64,000 nucleotides of DNA, taken from positions 192,579,741-192,643,740 of the forward strand of contig CM041465.1 in NCBI GenBank assembly GCA_023213395.1. Direction: 5' to 3'. This document shows, one piece after another, positions 13,471 through 26,134 of this stretch (its first letter is position 1; each line of letters opens with the position of its first letter). Source of the stretch: Cycas panzhihuaensis (lineage: Eukaryota > Plantae > Cycadophyta). The position numbers and the translations under genes are program-made. The notes under the pieces were generated by a model that saw only the letters and a list, made by a program, of their open reading frames with translations, had not been told where the DNA came from and made no database searches.

Positions 13471-16400
13471 TGTTCCTATTCCCTTATCCTAATCAACTTC
13501 ATTTATGCTAATTTACTTCTTACTTTATTTGATCTCATTTATGGTATTTTTCTTTTATTTCAAGTCAACTTATGATCTTTTCCTGGTTGACCTCTATGTG
13601 TATTTTTGGATGACTTCTATCCTTATCTTAGTTGAGTTCCTTAAGCTCAATATCACCACCTATTTATAGGGACCCTTGGCCTCTTCCTAGGATCATCAAT
13701 GTGGATTGTGGTTACTACAATTTTGGCCTTTAAGGTTGTAGTTTTTAGAGGGAACCTTGCCTCAAAGAGGAAGCTAAGCATTAGGTACTTATTTTTAAGT
13801 TATGTTGATTTTTTATTATATTTCAAAGCATTATTGAGTTTATATTCAAAGGGATCATATTAGATCTCTTGTATATTACCATTTATTAGATAAAACTTTC
13901 ACTTTATTAGTGGTTTTCCTATGTTTTCTTCTATTTTCTATCAAATTCCCATTTCAAGTACTGTGGCTTCATTCTGAAGCCATCTTAAGGGTAATTTTTA
14001 TTTTAAAAAAAAGAAAAAAATTCAAGGACATTTTAAATCTTTCCTCCCCCTCCCCCTACCATAGTTTTTCTCTTTTTTCCTAAATAGAATTAAGATCAAG
14101 AAAGACTCTCTAATAAAATAAAATGGTAAACACTCAATCAATCTCAATAGAAAATGTAGATAAGAGGGTTAATCAATTAACTTATAAGATAGCCATCCTA
14201 TCCATGCATTTTAAAAATAACCTCTAAAAACTTAATACTTTATTAGAAAATATAAATAAGAGACTAAACTTTACTAAAGAGGAAGGAGGATCTTCAAGAG
14301 ATGATAGGTTTTAGGAACAAGAGGACTAGAGGGAATTCAATAAAATATTTCACAAACCCAAAGGTCTAAGGGATCACCAACATATAAATCTAAGGGATTT
14401 CAAACATAGATATGGTCCTAAAGAAACAAAATTATTTTTGAAAAAAAATTGACCCTAATAAATTAAGGGACATCAATAGTTGGTTACTTTAAATGAAAGC
14501 CTACTTCTAGGCATATGTCTTACCTAATAATGAGAAACTTCTATTAGCTTCCCTTCATATATATGGGAATACACTTTAATGGTTTAATTAGTGGAAAAAA
14601 TTCCTAATAAAAACACAAATGATTTAGACTCCCTAAAAGGAGCATTAATAGAGCACAATGAAGAAACTTAAAACATAGACTACATTATTTAAATCACTCA
14701 ATTACAACATATATACTCAATTTAAGCATACACAAAGTAATTTCAAATTTTGCAAAGCTTAATTCCCATTACCCTTTGAAGAAACCTTATTATCAAAACT
14801 TATGTTGGGGGGCTTAAAAGGAAATATCAAATACTACATTAAGACATTACGGGTAGCCAATATAAGGGAGGCTATCCACCTTACAAGAAATATCAAAGCA
14901 GAATATAGGGAGACCAAAACTAACTATACCTGATAGAACATACCAAAATTCTATAAAAACCCTAACTCCCAACCCAACTAGACTAGATCAAGCACAAAAG
15001 TTGAGCCTCTCTTAGGGAAACAAGGTAGTAGAAAAATAATGAAAGTATTTAGGGAAGACCATATAAGGTAGGGAACCTATTTAAAGTATGAGGAAAATAG
15101 ATCTAAGATTATTAATGGCCCTTCAAAAAGGAATTTATGATCAATAACAAAGATATGGGCATCCCAATATAAGAAGAAGAAGAAGAAGAGACAGAAGCTG
15201 AAGACCTTCCTATTATAGATAATGAGCATGTATAAATACCTCTATGAATCATCACAGGTGAAGCCACCACTTCCCAAACCCTATGATTTTAAGGGAAAAT
15301 TAAGGGATCCCTTGTAGCCATCTCATAGAGAGCAAGAATACCCATAATTTCATCAATAAGTCCACAACTAAAAAATTAGGCCTACAAATTCAAATATTAA
15401 TTACTTTCCAAGTCATAATTACAAATGAAAAAATAATGAATTGTTAAGGGTTTTATCTAAAAGTAAACTTACAAATTAAGACTTATATAATAACCTATAT
15501 ATTTGCTATGTTGATAGGAGGAGTTGATGTAGTATTCATTATACATTAGGATTTATCACCACCAATTATAAAACCCAGTACATGAGTTTTAAATAAAAAG
15601 GTTATACATATCATTTACATACACCATCCACACCTCCCACCTAATTAGTAACCTCACACCAAGTGAAGAAGATCTTAAGAAAGAACCTTGGTGTATATAT
15701 ATAATGACATGTTATAAGGTTGTAATAAAAGATGTGCCAATGAAAGTATAAACCAACATGGACTAATACAATAGAGCTTTTAAAGAACCATAGGGCTTGC
15801 CTCTAAATCAACGTTGACAACATCCTATTAAGTTAGTATCAACAACAATGCTAATCAATATTTATCCTTACCACCATCCATATTATCTTAGGAGGGATCT
15901 TGAACAAATTACTAAGGAACTATTATAGAAAAACTACATCTTGAATAATACCAATTCTTTTATATCACTAGTAATATTAAGTCACAAAAAGGATGGTTCC
16001 TACTATATGCACATCAACTATCGAGGACTGAATAAAGATACAATCAATAATTACTATCTTAAACCTCAAATTAATGATCTACTAGATGAAATACACAAAA
16101 CAAGATATTTTTTAAAGATTGACCTTCAATTAAGTTATTGCCAAATCGGTATTAAGGAAGAAGATATATATAAAACAAATTTTTATCCATATAAAGGTTT
16201 ATTTGAATTTAGGATTATGTTGTTAAGCCTAACTAATGCCCTAGTAACCTTTCAAAGTATGATGAATATAATATTCAAACCTATTCTATATAATCTAGTG
16301 TTTATTTTTCTCAATGATATCCTAATATATAGCTCAACATGGGAGGAACATTTGGAGCATATATGATTCGTTCTATAGATTCTTCAAGAGAACTAATTCT

Positions 16401-17960
16401 TTACGAACAAAAGCAGATATATGTTTGAGAATACTAAATTAGAATATCTTGGATACATCATCAGTCAAGAAAGCATTAAGAAAGACCCCAAAATGATCCA
16501 AGCTATAATAAATTAGCCCATATGTAAGAATGTGATTGGAGTATAGAGTGTTTTAGGAGTAACTGGATTTCTCTAAAAAATTATAAAAGGATACACCAAT
16601 ATCACATCCTATTTAATATACCTCATAAAAAGGAATGCTTTTCTATGGAATTGTACAATAGAAGACATTTTTCAACAGTTAAAAATAGCAATGGTCATAG
16701 CTTTGGTTCTAGTAACTCTAGATTTTTATCAGCCTTTCACATTAGAATATTATGCATTAGGAATAGGAATAGGAATAGGAATAGGAATAGTCCTCCTATG
16801 GAAGGATTGACCACTTGCCTACAAGAGCCATAAACTTAATACCACAGAATAAATTTAATCTATGTATGATAAATAAATACTTATAATCATGCATACCTTA
16901 CACTAATAGCATTAGTATCTATTAGAGAATAGTTTTATAGTCAAAAGAGACCATGATAGCCTCAAATATTTCCTTAACTAGAAGACATTATCTGATAAGT
17001 AACAAAAATATGTGAGTAAACTCCAGATATTTGATTTTAGGATTTTGTATAAAGAGGGGTAAGAGAATGTCATTATTGATGCTCTGTCACAAGTATCAAA
17101 AGACAACATTAAAAGTGTATCCTTGAAAGTGGTTTCAATAGCAACATCCATCTAGATGCAAGAATTTCTTCAAGAATATCAAAATGACCACTCCATTCCA
17201 AAAATATAGAGGGAAACATAAGAATAGGGATCTATAAAGGATATAATACAAAGAAATATGATTCTATAGAAAGGGAAAATATCAATCCCAGTGACTTTAA
17301 ATATTAAGGATAAAATTCTTTAGGAAGCCTAATCAACCCCAATCGTTGGATACATAGGGATCGATAAAATATACCATAAGATACATGGATCTTTCTTCTG
17401 GAAAGGGATTAAAGGAGACATCTCAAATTTATGTTAGAATGCAACTCCTATTAGAGGAATAAAAGCTAGAGTATAAAAGTATTAGGACGACTCCAACCAT
17501 TGCACATCCTATAACAAAAATAGGAAGAGATCTTGATGGATTTCATCATAGAACCCCCAAAATTAGAACATAAAGATGTTATTTTTGTAGTAGTTGATAG
17601 GCTAATAAAATATGTATACTTTAAAGAAATATAATTAATAAAAAAATCTAGTTAGAGAGTAGAACTCTTTATAAAGGAAATACATTATTTACACCATTTT
17701 CCTAAGGTCATAGTAAGTGATTGTGATCTAAAGTTCACTAGTCACTTCTAGTAGGGCTTATTATGGCTACTAGGGACCAAATTATCCATGATCATGGTTT
17801 ACTATCCTTAGATTAATAGTTAAATAAAGGTTGTAAATAAATATTTAGAAGGATATCTATAAAAGTTTACTTCTAATAAATAACAACATTAGCACAAATG
17901 GCTCTATCTTATAGAATGGTGGTATAATATCACATATAACTCATCAATAAAAATAATACC
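13471..17960 (+). mobile_element. Degenerate chromovirus-like Ty3/gypsy element (gag-PR-RT-RH-INT), 3'-truncated
   Basis: ORF 15941-16366 is RT (KKDGSY..INYRGLNK, FLKIDL, FIFLNDILIYS). RNase H at ~16700-17090; integrase motifs LQPLHI, MDFI, VVVDRL, EWWYN at 17480-17930. Boundaries approximate. Confidence 0.85.
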
Positions 17961-19311
17961 ATTGTTATATTCCTTTTTGTTATCACTCTTTAAGATTTTT
18001 ATCTTTTTATTACTTTGATTCTTGACTCTAACTTTTCATTCCTAAAATTAATCAAATACTTTTGACTTATTCTTTAGAAATTATCCTAAGTTTTCTTGGT
18101 ATAATCATCTAGAAATATTAAGATATATCTAGCTTTACCTATGGAAGGAATGGGGAGTGGGACTATCATGTTTAAGTATATAAGCTACATCTTCTCCTTA
18201 TCTCTTTAAGCTTTATTCTAAGAAAAAGGATATCTATGATACTTACCATAGATGCAACCTTCAAATATACTATCTAAACATGAGATCTATGGCAACCTGT
18301 CTACCATATTTAACTTGTTTATCAATGATATACTGCCATAATTAAGATGATTTACCTTTCATGCCATAATTAACTACTATCATGTACATTGGCAATAAAG
18401 ACATATGATTGATTTGAATTCTATTTTTCCTTAAGCACCTAAAAGTTATTCTTCACTCTTCCAGTTATAATAATAACAAAGTACTTCTTTAGATCCTTAA
18501 TCAAGTATTTATATTTATAAATCTTAATCTTCAAATCCTTGTTATAGATTTCTTAGGCTAATAAAATATTTTCCTTCTTCTTTGGTACATAATACACCTA
18601 GTTGAAAATTCCCTCTATAGGATTCATTATTCTAACACCCTTAATAGGTATAACATTAGCATCATCAAGTATAATTTAAGAATCATAGGGGTCAATATTT
18701 CATGATGTAAACTTCTCTTTAGAGAAAGTTATATGCTATTATGCTTCAAAATCAAGAATCCACCCATTCTTTAATAATGAGGACCTCATCTCTCCACAAT
18801 GGACTTTAATATTCTTCCCTTAGCCTTGTGTAAGCCCTAATTCTTTTTGTAATAGTTTGCCTCCTTATGGCTAATCTATTTATAATAGTTATAGGATCCA
18901 TTGAATCTCTTCTTCTTCTTCCTTAGCTCATAGATTTCTAAAGTACTAGCCTTTTGTAAACCTTATCTTTATGATTACATTCTAGCCTATGTGTTTTCAT
19001 CACCAAGGTATGATTAGATTCAAAACTTTAAAGCAAATCACAATGCTTTAAATTAGCATCCTTATTTAAAATCAAGGTCCTTAGCTAATCAAATTTTATT
19101 ATCTCCATGGCAAAATCCTTTACATAGATTGTTTGAAATATAGTAAATGTAGCTAGTAATCTCCACATGATAAGAGTAAATAGTAGCTCCTTATTAATAT
19201 ATCTTAATTTAATAGCTTTGAGTATATTTTTTAAATCCATCATCTTGTTAAACTAAGCTCTAATATTATTCTCAGCTTTGATAATAGTATTTAATAATTC
19301 CATCAATAAAG
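17961..19311 (-). mobile_element. Old Ty1/copia (gag C-part, protease, integrase start); left half of the element split by the Tat insertion
   Basis: Minus strand LMELLNTII..FNKMMDLKNILKAI (gag), WILDFEA (protease) and PSIGKARYILIFLDDYTKK (integrase). Confidence 0.8.
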
Positions 19312-20587
19312 TGGCATGCTTCAGTTAGGCCTGGGCTATGTATCCCTTAATGACGTTATGTTTCCTTTATTTTAGGCTAGATCAAGAGATAAAGAAGCCC
19401 ATGGAAACCTAAAAACCACCTTTTCCAACTCCCAAGAAGGAGCCTCTACCTGCTTGTATTGTTTAGTTTAGATATGCGAGTGATAACAAGAGTCTAGGAT
19501 GTAAGGAGAAGTACTAGGATGTACTAGTCTACATGAGCAAGCGAAGGAGTTCTAAATCAAGAATTATGCTGCCAATATTTTCTGTATCCTTCCTAGGGAC
19601 TCCTTTCCTTATATTGTTTCACCCTTTTGGGTTTACTATAATAAAGAAAAGGGTTAAGCAATAGAAAGTTGATGTTTTCTTTTTTTTAAACGCAAAAGAA
19701 AAAATAATGAAACAATAAGATTTAACTACCTTTTTAAAACTAATGTAAGAAAGTGAAATATTCATATCATTTCTTTTTCTTTTCCTTTTCTAGATCAAAG
19801 AACACCAAAAATGAACTTCTCTTTTCTTTTCTCAAAGATGGGTATCAAAATTATAAAGAAATCTCTTAATTTTTCAAGAATTTACTCTCTAAACCATACC
19901 ATCAAACTCACCACTTTCAAATAAAAGTGCTCTCAAGGGTTTCTGAGGGTTATAGTCATGAATGAAGTAGGTTTACATTGAATTTGGGTGGTAATATGCA
20001 AAATTAGCATGTTAATTAAAAAAATTACATGCATGACTATAAAAAACATGATCAATCATGTTTTATTAACAACAAAAATGCAACTTTCTTAATAAAATCT
20101 GATCAATCATATTTTTGGTAAAAATAAAAATGCGATAAATCACGAGATAAAATTGATTATTAAAGAAATAAAAAATAAATTTTTATTGAAAAAATTGAAG
20201 TATAAATGACTTAGTCAATGTAAAAAGTAGCCCAAAAGGGATGAAAACTTAAGCACAGGCCCGAAAATCATAAAAAAGTGATGATTTAAAGATAAAATAA
20301 AGAGAAAATAATGAAATAAGAGAATGCTTTAAAGAAAAAAGTGAGTGAAAAATAATCATAAAACTGAGATCACATTGCTATAGTTTTCATTCATTAGCAT
20401 ATAAAAACATAATAATATAATCATCATCATCTAACATAAACTATCCACCAAAATCAATACCAGATTTCATCAAAACATGACCTAATACAAAATAGAACAA
20501 GTTTCAAATAATCAAGTTAAATGTAATCAAGTAAGAAACTTATTAAGAAATATAAAGATCAATTGAGGGCTAAGATTTGGTGAAACA
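19312..20587 (-). repeat. 3' LTR of the Tat element (lacks ~0.98 kb present in the 5' LTR)
   Basis: Colinear with 39350-39853 plus 40843-41601; ends TGAAACA. Confidence 0.88.
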
Positions 20588-20954
20588 TTTACCCCCTTGG
20601 CACTTGAAGCTCCTATTTCAAAAGAGGAGTAGAATAGTGAAAGGTAATAATGATCACAATGAAGGCTTTTCTCAGAAAGGTAAATATTTGGATGAAGTAT
20701 GTGAATGATGGAAAATTAGTCTATAAAATATATTAGAATCAAACTAAAGAAACCTTGATATCACTAAAATGATAAGCTAAAGGGCACTACTAAAATGCCA
20801 ATCAAACAGATAGGGCTTATACCCACTCGATTGAAAGCAACACTAAATTCCCATAAACTTCATAGAGATTAAAAACCTAGATGGTTATATTTTATCTCTT
20901 ATTGACTATGTTTTAGAGGAAAGATCCTTTTGTTGGAGTATATATGATAAATTA

Positions 20955-21135
20955 TCATAGTATTTGGGCTTATTACTAGGTGACTTTTAAGAGCCTTGGA
21001 CTACCATAGTTCATCTCATTAGTAGGTGACTTTTCAGAGCATTCCATTATAGTTTAAGCTTATTAATGGGTAAATAGGATTTAGAGCTTTACACTATCAT
21101 GGTTTAGGTTATTTAATAGGTAAAATTATTTAGAG
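20955..21135. repeat. Degenerate ~40-45 bp tandem repeat (about 4 units) in the Tat 3' region
   Basis: Recurring catagtt..cttatta(g/a)t(a/g)ggt(g/a)a...tttagagc units. Confidence 0.6.
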
Positions 21136-21859
21136 TGTTTGAAGGCAAAAATAAGGATTAAAATGAGCATCAAAATGAGTAAGAGATAACATATTCAAGC
21201 CTTCAAAATATTCATCAAAAGACAAATAAATTGATGCCTACAATAATCCTAATCAATGGAAGATGCATAATTTTCTATTTTCAAGAGAATTTATCTAGGA
21301 ATGATTATTAAGAGAGGACAATATTAACCTGGATAAATAAAATGGATAAAAGAAAAAAATCAATCTAAAAAACAAAGAAAAGGTCCCTCATTTTTTATAA
21401 GAAAAATTAATCTATTTCATTTCATTTTCACATGAGGGAATTAGAAAAATAATGATTTGAAGGGCCTTCACTATTTGCTTTGGAGCCACTTTGATGAGAG
21501 ACTAGCTCCATAAGATGAGGATAGACATGATGCAGCCAGGAGCTAGATGTCTAATAAGTTTCTATTATATATATATTTTTTAATATTGAGTTTTTAGATG
21601 AAAAACACGATAATAGGGAGTGAAAACCGTGATTACAAGGTTAAAAATGTGATGAAAGATTTAAAAACAAGATTTTATAGTTTAGTACAAAAATTAGAAG
21701 ATAGCATTTTTGATAAGTAAATCATATTTTTTACTGTGTTATCACGTTTTTTACTATATTATTACATTTATTACTTTAAAAGAGAAAATAAAAAAATAAA
21801 AATTCTTTAGAATACTAAAATTAGAGTCTAACATGATTATTTTTGTTCTAATGTAGCCT

Positions 21860-23640
21860 TTAGAGTAGGTAGATATGAGGAAAAATAAAGGATTGGCAAT
21901 CAGGGAGTTGATTAGTCAACTAATTGAGGAGGATTGGGCCCAATTAAGGGTATGTGGGCTATCTTGGATGAGTGGATTAAATTAGTGATGGAGTATGAGA
22001 TTATCTATGATTTTATTAGTCATTAGATCCCATGGAAAAACATATTTAGTGTACGTACCATAGGAGAAATACATATTACTCTTAGGGATATTGGGAGGAT
22101 CTTAGGGATTAGTTGGCATGAGGAGAGGATCATGCTGGATAGAGTAATTGGCAATGAGTCATAGGAGGCCTATAGTCAGTATTTAACTATCTTTGCTAAT
22201 TAGTTTAGTTCTCATAGGATATCCATTGAGACAATGAGGACAATAGAGGGGATTCCTATTATACGAAAGATTATTGCCCTTATCATTATTTTTAAGATTG
22301 TTATGACCCAAAACTTCATGAGGTCCTAGCACAGTGGGTGGGAGTGATTAGGAGATACGAGCAGAATATTAGGATGAACTAGGGGTCGTACATAGCAGAT
22401 AGTATATGTCATTAATTATCTAGGATCAAGAGGCAAGGTAGAGTGGTTTTTTCCTACGGTTCTATTTTGATGTGTTGGTTGTATGATCACATGCCATTGA
22501 TGAGGCCAGGAGAAGCACTACGAAAGCTAACCATTATGGATTTAGAAATGAATAGGTGGCATATGAGGGCCCAAATCCATAATAGAACAATTATAGTAGT
22601 AAGGAGTATACATAGTCCTCTACTGATCCATATGACCAAGAGGCAACTCGTAGAAGATTTATATAAGAGGCTACTAATATAGAGTGATGATGAAGTTGAT
22701 ATAATTAAGAGGGAAATAATAGGAGAGGCTCCTATTACTAATGGAAGGAGAGGGGGAGAGAGAGGGAGAGGAGATAGAGGACGACATATTATTGATCAAG
22801 GCAAGAGAGGAGAGGGGTGAACTATCGACCATCAAAGGTGGGAGAGGAGGTAAGGATGTGCTCTAAGTGATGGGTAGAATACAAAGTAGGGATAAAGGAG
22901 GATCTATATAGAGCATAGGGTTGGTATCAATAGATGAACATGGGAGAGGAAGTAATGGGAGCAAAGAAGAAGAGGGGGGGCCTCCTTAAGAGGCTTCCCA
23001 AGAGCCTTAGGGAGAGGTAGTTTCATAGTCAAGAGAGGAGATGGTCGTAGAGCCAACGAGAGGAGGATAATTAGTAAGTATGATAGTTAATTTATGTTTT
23101 GAATATATTTGATTACTTCTTTTGGATTATGTACCTTTTGTATAGAATGTTGATTATAATTAATGTGTTTTTCATGGACAGGCGAGGAGAGCCTAACTCT
23201 TTTTACGGTCTAGAGGATGCTTGACCTAATTTTCCCTTATATATCCACATCAGAGGAACCTTCAACAAGGAATACTATTGACTATACACTATTAGGGCAT
23301 TAGATTGAGTATTTTATTCCTGCATTATAGGCTTAAGATATGATCTAGGAAATGTAGATGGAGTTAAGACTTTAGGAGTTAGAGCTCAAGGTGGTAGAGG
23401 ACGAGTGGCATTATCTATGAAGGATGGCATTGGTATAGGTTAGGGGATAAGTTACTCCATCTGAGAGCACTATAGTTTAGTAAGAGAGACATCTTCCACC
23501 ATGTAGAAAGTTGACATACGGGCAGATTCTAGATAGAGAGGGGAGGGTGGATCCAGGAGTACAAGGGAGATTTCACTAGAGCTCACAAAGATGAACATAT
23601 TTTATATATAGAGTGAAGATAGGAGGGAGATAGTAGGTAT
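21860..23640 (+). pseudogene. Antisense Plant Mobile Domain (PMD, PF10536-like) gene remnant inside the Tat element: PMD, RG-rich linker, putative intron, coiled-coil exon
   Basis: The frame from 21961 reads ..YDFISH*IPWKNIFSVRTIGEIHITLRDIGRILGIS (PMD W.P....F....GE..ITL.D...ILG). The frame from 22323 reads MN*GSYIA..FSYGSILMCWLYDHMPLMRPG (PMD NWG and LL..W..E..P..RP). Stops fall at Trp/Gln codons. Confidence 0.8.
23074..23181 (+). other. Putative spliceosomal intron in the antisense PMD gene
   Basis: GTAAGT donor, 108-nt AT/T-rich body and tttttcatggacAG acceptor, set between purine-rich coding-like flanks. Confidence 0.55.
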
Positions 23641-23703
23641 TTTATGAGCCTCAAATATTGTATCATGAGTCACATAGTGATAGATGTATTACATTTTTAT
23701 CAT

Positions 23704-23836
<133 letters not shown>

Positions 23837-24677
23837 TATTGATCATTTTCATTATATTTTATGTAATAATTATAATTAGAGCACTAACTCTAAACTCATT
23901 CCTCCTTTTATCCCTTTTTATAGATTCAATATGATATATGTTCACTAGTAAGAGTCCATGAAAGCATACAATAGTTTTTCCTTTTATCTTTATCTGTTTT
24001 TTTGGTCTTTTGTCATTATATATGTATGTATATATATAGAGAGAGAGAGAGACTTTTGATTAATATGTACACAATAGTTTATACTTATTTTAGAGGATAA
24101 AGGGGTCTTAAAGGAGAAAAATCATAAGGAATGATAACAAAAAGAAAATAGACAAAAGGATAAAAGGTAGTAGATGAAAAAGATTGGTAATTCTATTCTT
24201 ATAAACATAAATCCACTTGAAAAGCAAACAATAATAGGTTTATAAAAATATAAGATATAATAATATAAGTCCCTTTAAAAAGAAAAACTTACATAATTCA
24301 TATTATACTCAAGATAGATTATATATACATAGAATAAAATCCATATTCATATAATATATCTTAAGAAAAACATGTTGTTTATAGAATGGAAACTAATTCC
24401 ACCCAATAAACAACTAGTTTCTCAAGTATATTAGATTTCTCGTTGGTTCCTTCTAGGGGTAAGAAGCTTTTAAGAACTTGCCCCCTACCAAGATCCTCCT
24501 TGGCCCATGATTATCACGTGGGTTTATCTTTTCTAATACTTCATTTCATCTTTAAGCCTATCATCTTAACCTTTACATTACTTAAACTTTTATCTTGAAA
24601 ACTCATAGTTTATACTGTTTACAGAGTGGTAGTTTATACTCATTCTAGAGTAGGGTGCCCCCAACAAAAGTTGAGAG

Positions 24678-25082
24678 TTAGCTAAAATAATCATTTAAGA
24701 TAAAAGAGACTAGAGCATTAGCTTTAGTATTTAAGATCTAGGGAAAAAATTAGATAGTAACTAAAGGGAATAAAGACATCAATAACGAAGCTTGATAGTG
24801 ATGGGAAAGAAGCTATGAAGAATAGGTTTAATATAACCCAACTAACTAGAAAACAACAATATAAGAGTCAGAATAAATGATGATAGGTCCATCATAAGAT
24901 TAAGAAATGTCAAATAATATTCTTATAATAACAAAATATTCAACTTCATTGTTGGTTGCTCTAGGTAAAAATAAACTAGCAGATAAGAGGGGGTTTCTTG
25001 ATTGGTCATAAATCACCCAAGTAATAACAGATGATCCCAGGTTATCTCAACTACCTTTGTCAGTGAAAATACTCAATGCCAT
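24678..25082 (-). pseudogene. Stand-alone archaeal-type RNase H (aRH) ORF remnant downstream of integrase
   Basis: Minus translation MALSIFTDKGS*DNLGSSVITWVIYDQSRNPLLSASLFLPRATNNEVEYF..IIIYSDSYIVVF*LVGY...PRS/NTKANAL matches RNase HI motifs DG.SRGNPG, TNN.AEY, SDS.LVV.Q and N..ADAL. Confidence 0.85.
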
Positions 25083-26134
25083 AGGAAGATAGGACTAATA
25101 TTTGAAGACAGTATACTCGATAAAGGAGAATGCAGGAATCAATAAGTAAGGAGATGGTAGTGAATGAGAATAGATTGGCTTTTGCTACAACAAGAAAGAG
25201 GAAAAATCATAATTAGGATAATAATAGTCAACTAAAATAAAAGGTGTCAAATAGGATTTGATCATAATTGAGGCTATAATGGACCTAAGCAGCTAGGCTC
25301 AAACATCCTATATGACTCATCCAAATGAACCTAACCTATTACATATATAGGTAAGGACAAAGCTGCCACATGACTTACCCCAAATTATAAGAGGATGATA
25401 ATAATATCTTTTATAATTTTTGATTTCTAACTTTTTTTTTTTTTGCTTTTTTTTTTTTTTTTTTAGTTTCACTTTTACTTCTTTCTTTTTTATGATATTT
25501 ACAAGAAAATGTTTATAACCATCCAATTATGAGGTACCTTTCCTCAATGCAGTAAGGATTTATCAATTTTAATGAAACCAAAATGGAACAATAGAAACCA
25601 AACTCCTTAAAGATTGAACCATGGGAAAAAGGGGAGGTCTAAATCATGGTGTCTCCAAACATAATGGGAAGGTGGTAGAATGAGTATTCATCTCAAAAGT
25701 GTAAATACAAAAAATCAAGGATAATAAAAAGAAAAGAAAAAAGAGGTGATTAATGACTAAGAAGGAATCCCCAAAATGAAGGACTAGTATATAGGATATG
25801 ACCTAAGCAGATAATAAGATAACTAGAGCTAACGAACAAATCTCTTCTTAAGGATGAGAATAGATGACAAAACTAGAGGCCCAAATTCTCTCTTAAGTAT
25901 GGAGCTCAAAGAGAAAAGATAGGTAACTTTGAAGAAGGAGTACCTATAATCAATACATATGCTAGAAGGGATAGTAGACTTATATGATCATGAGGAGGCT
26001 ACTTTATGAAAGTAGAGATAGATTAAGAGAAAATAAAGAATAATTAAGAAAGAGAATTACCCATAGTTTTAGCTCATTAGACAATAAGAGAATTTGGAGC
26101 CATAGTTTATCATCATTATAGAGAGAGGATGCTA

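Noticed and set aside
19341-19358. tRNA-Asp-like PBS that would put the Tat LTR start at 19359
   Set aside because: It is present in both LTR copies and homology extends further left. The 19312/39350 boundary fits the host gag junction and a separate PBS.
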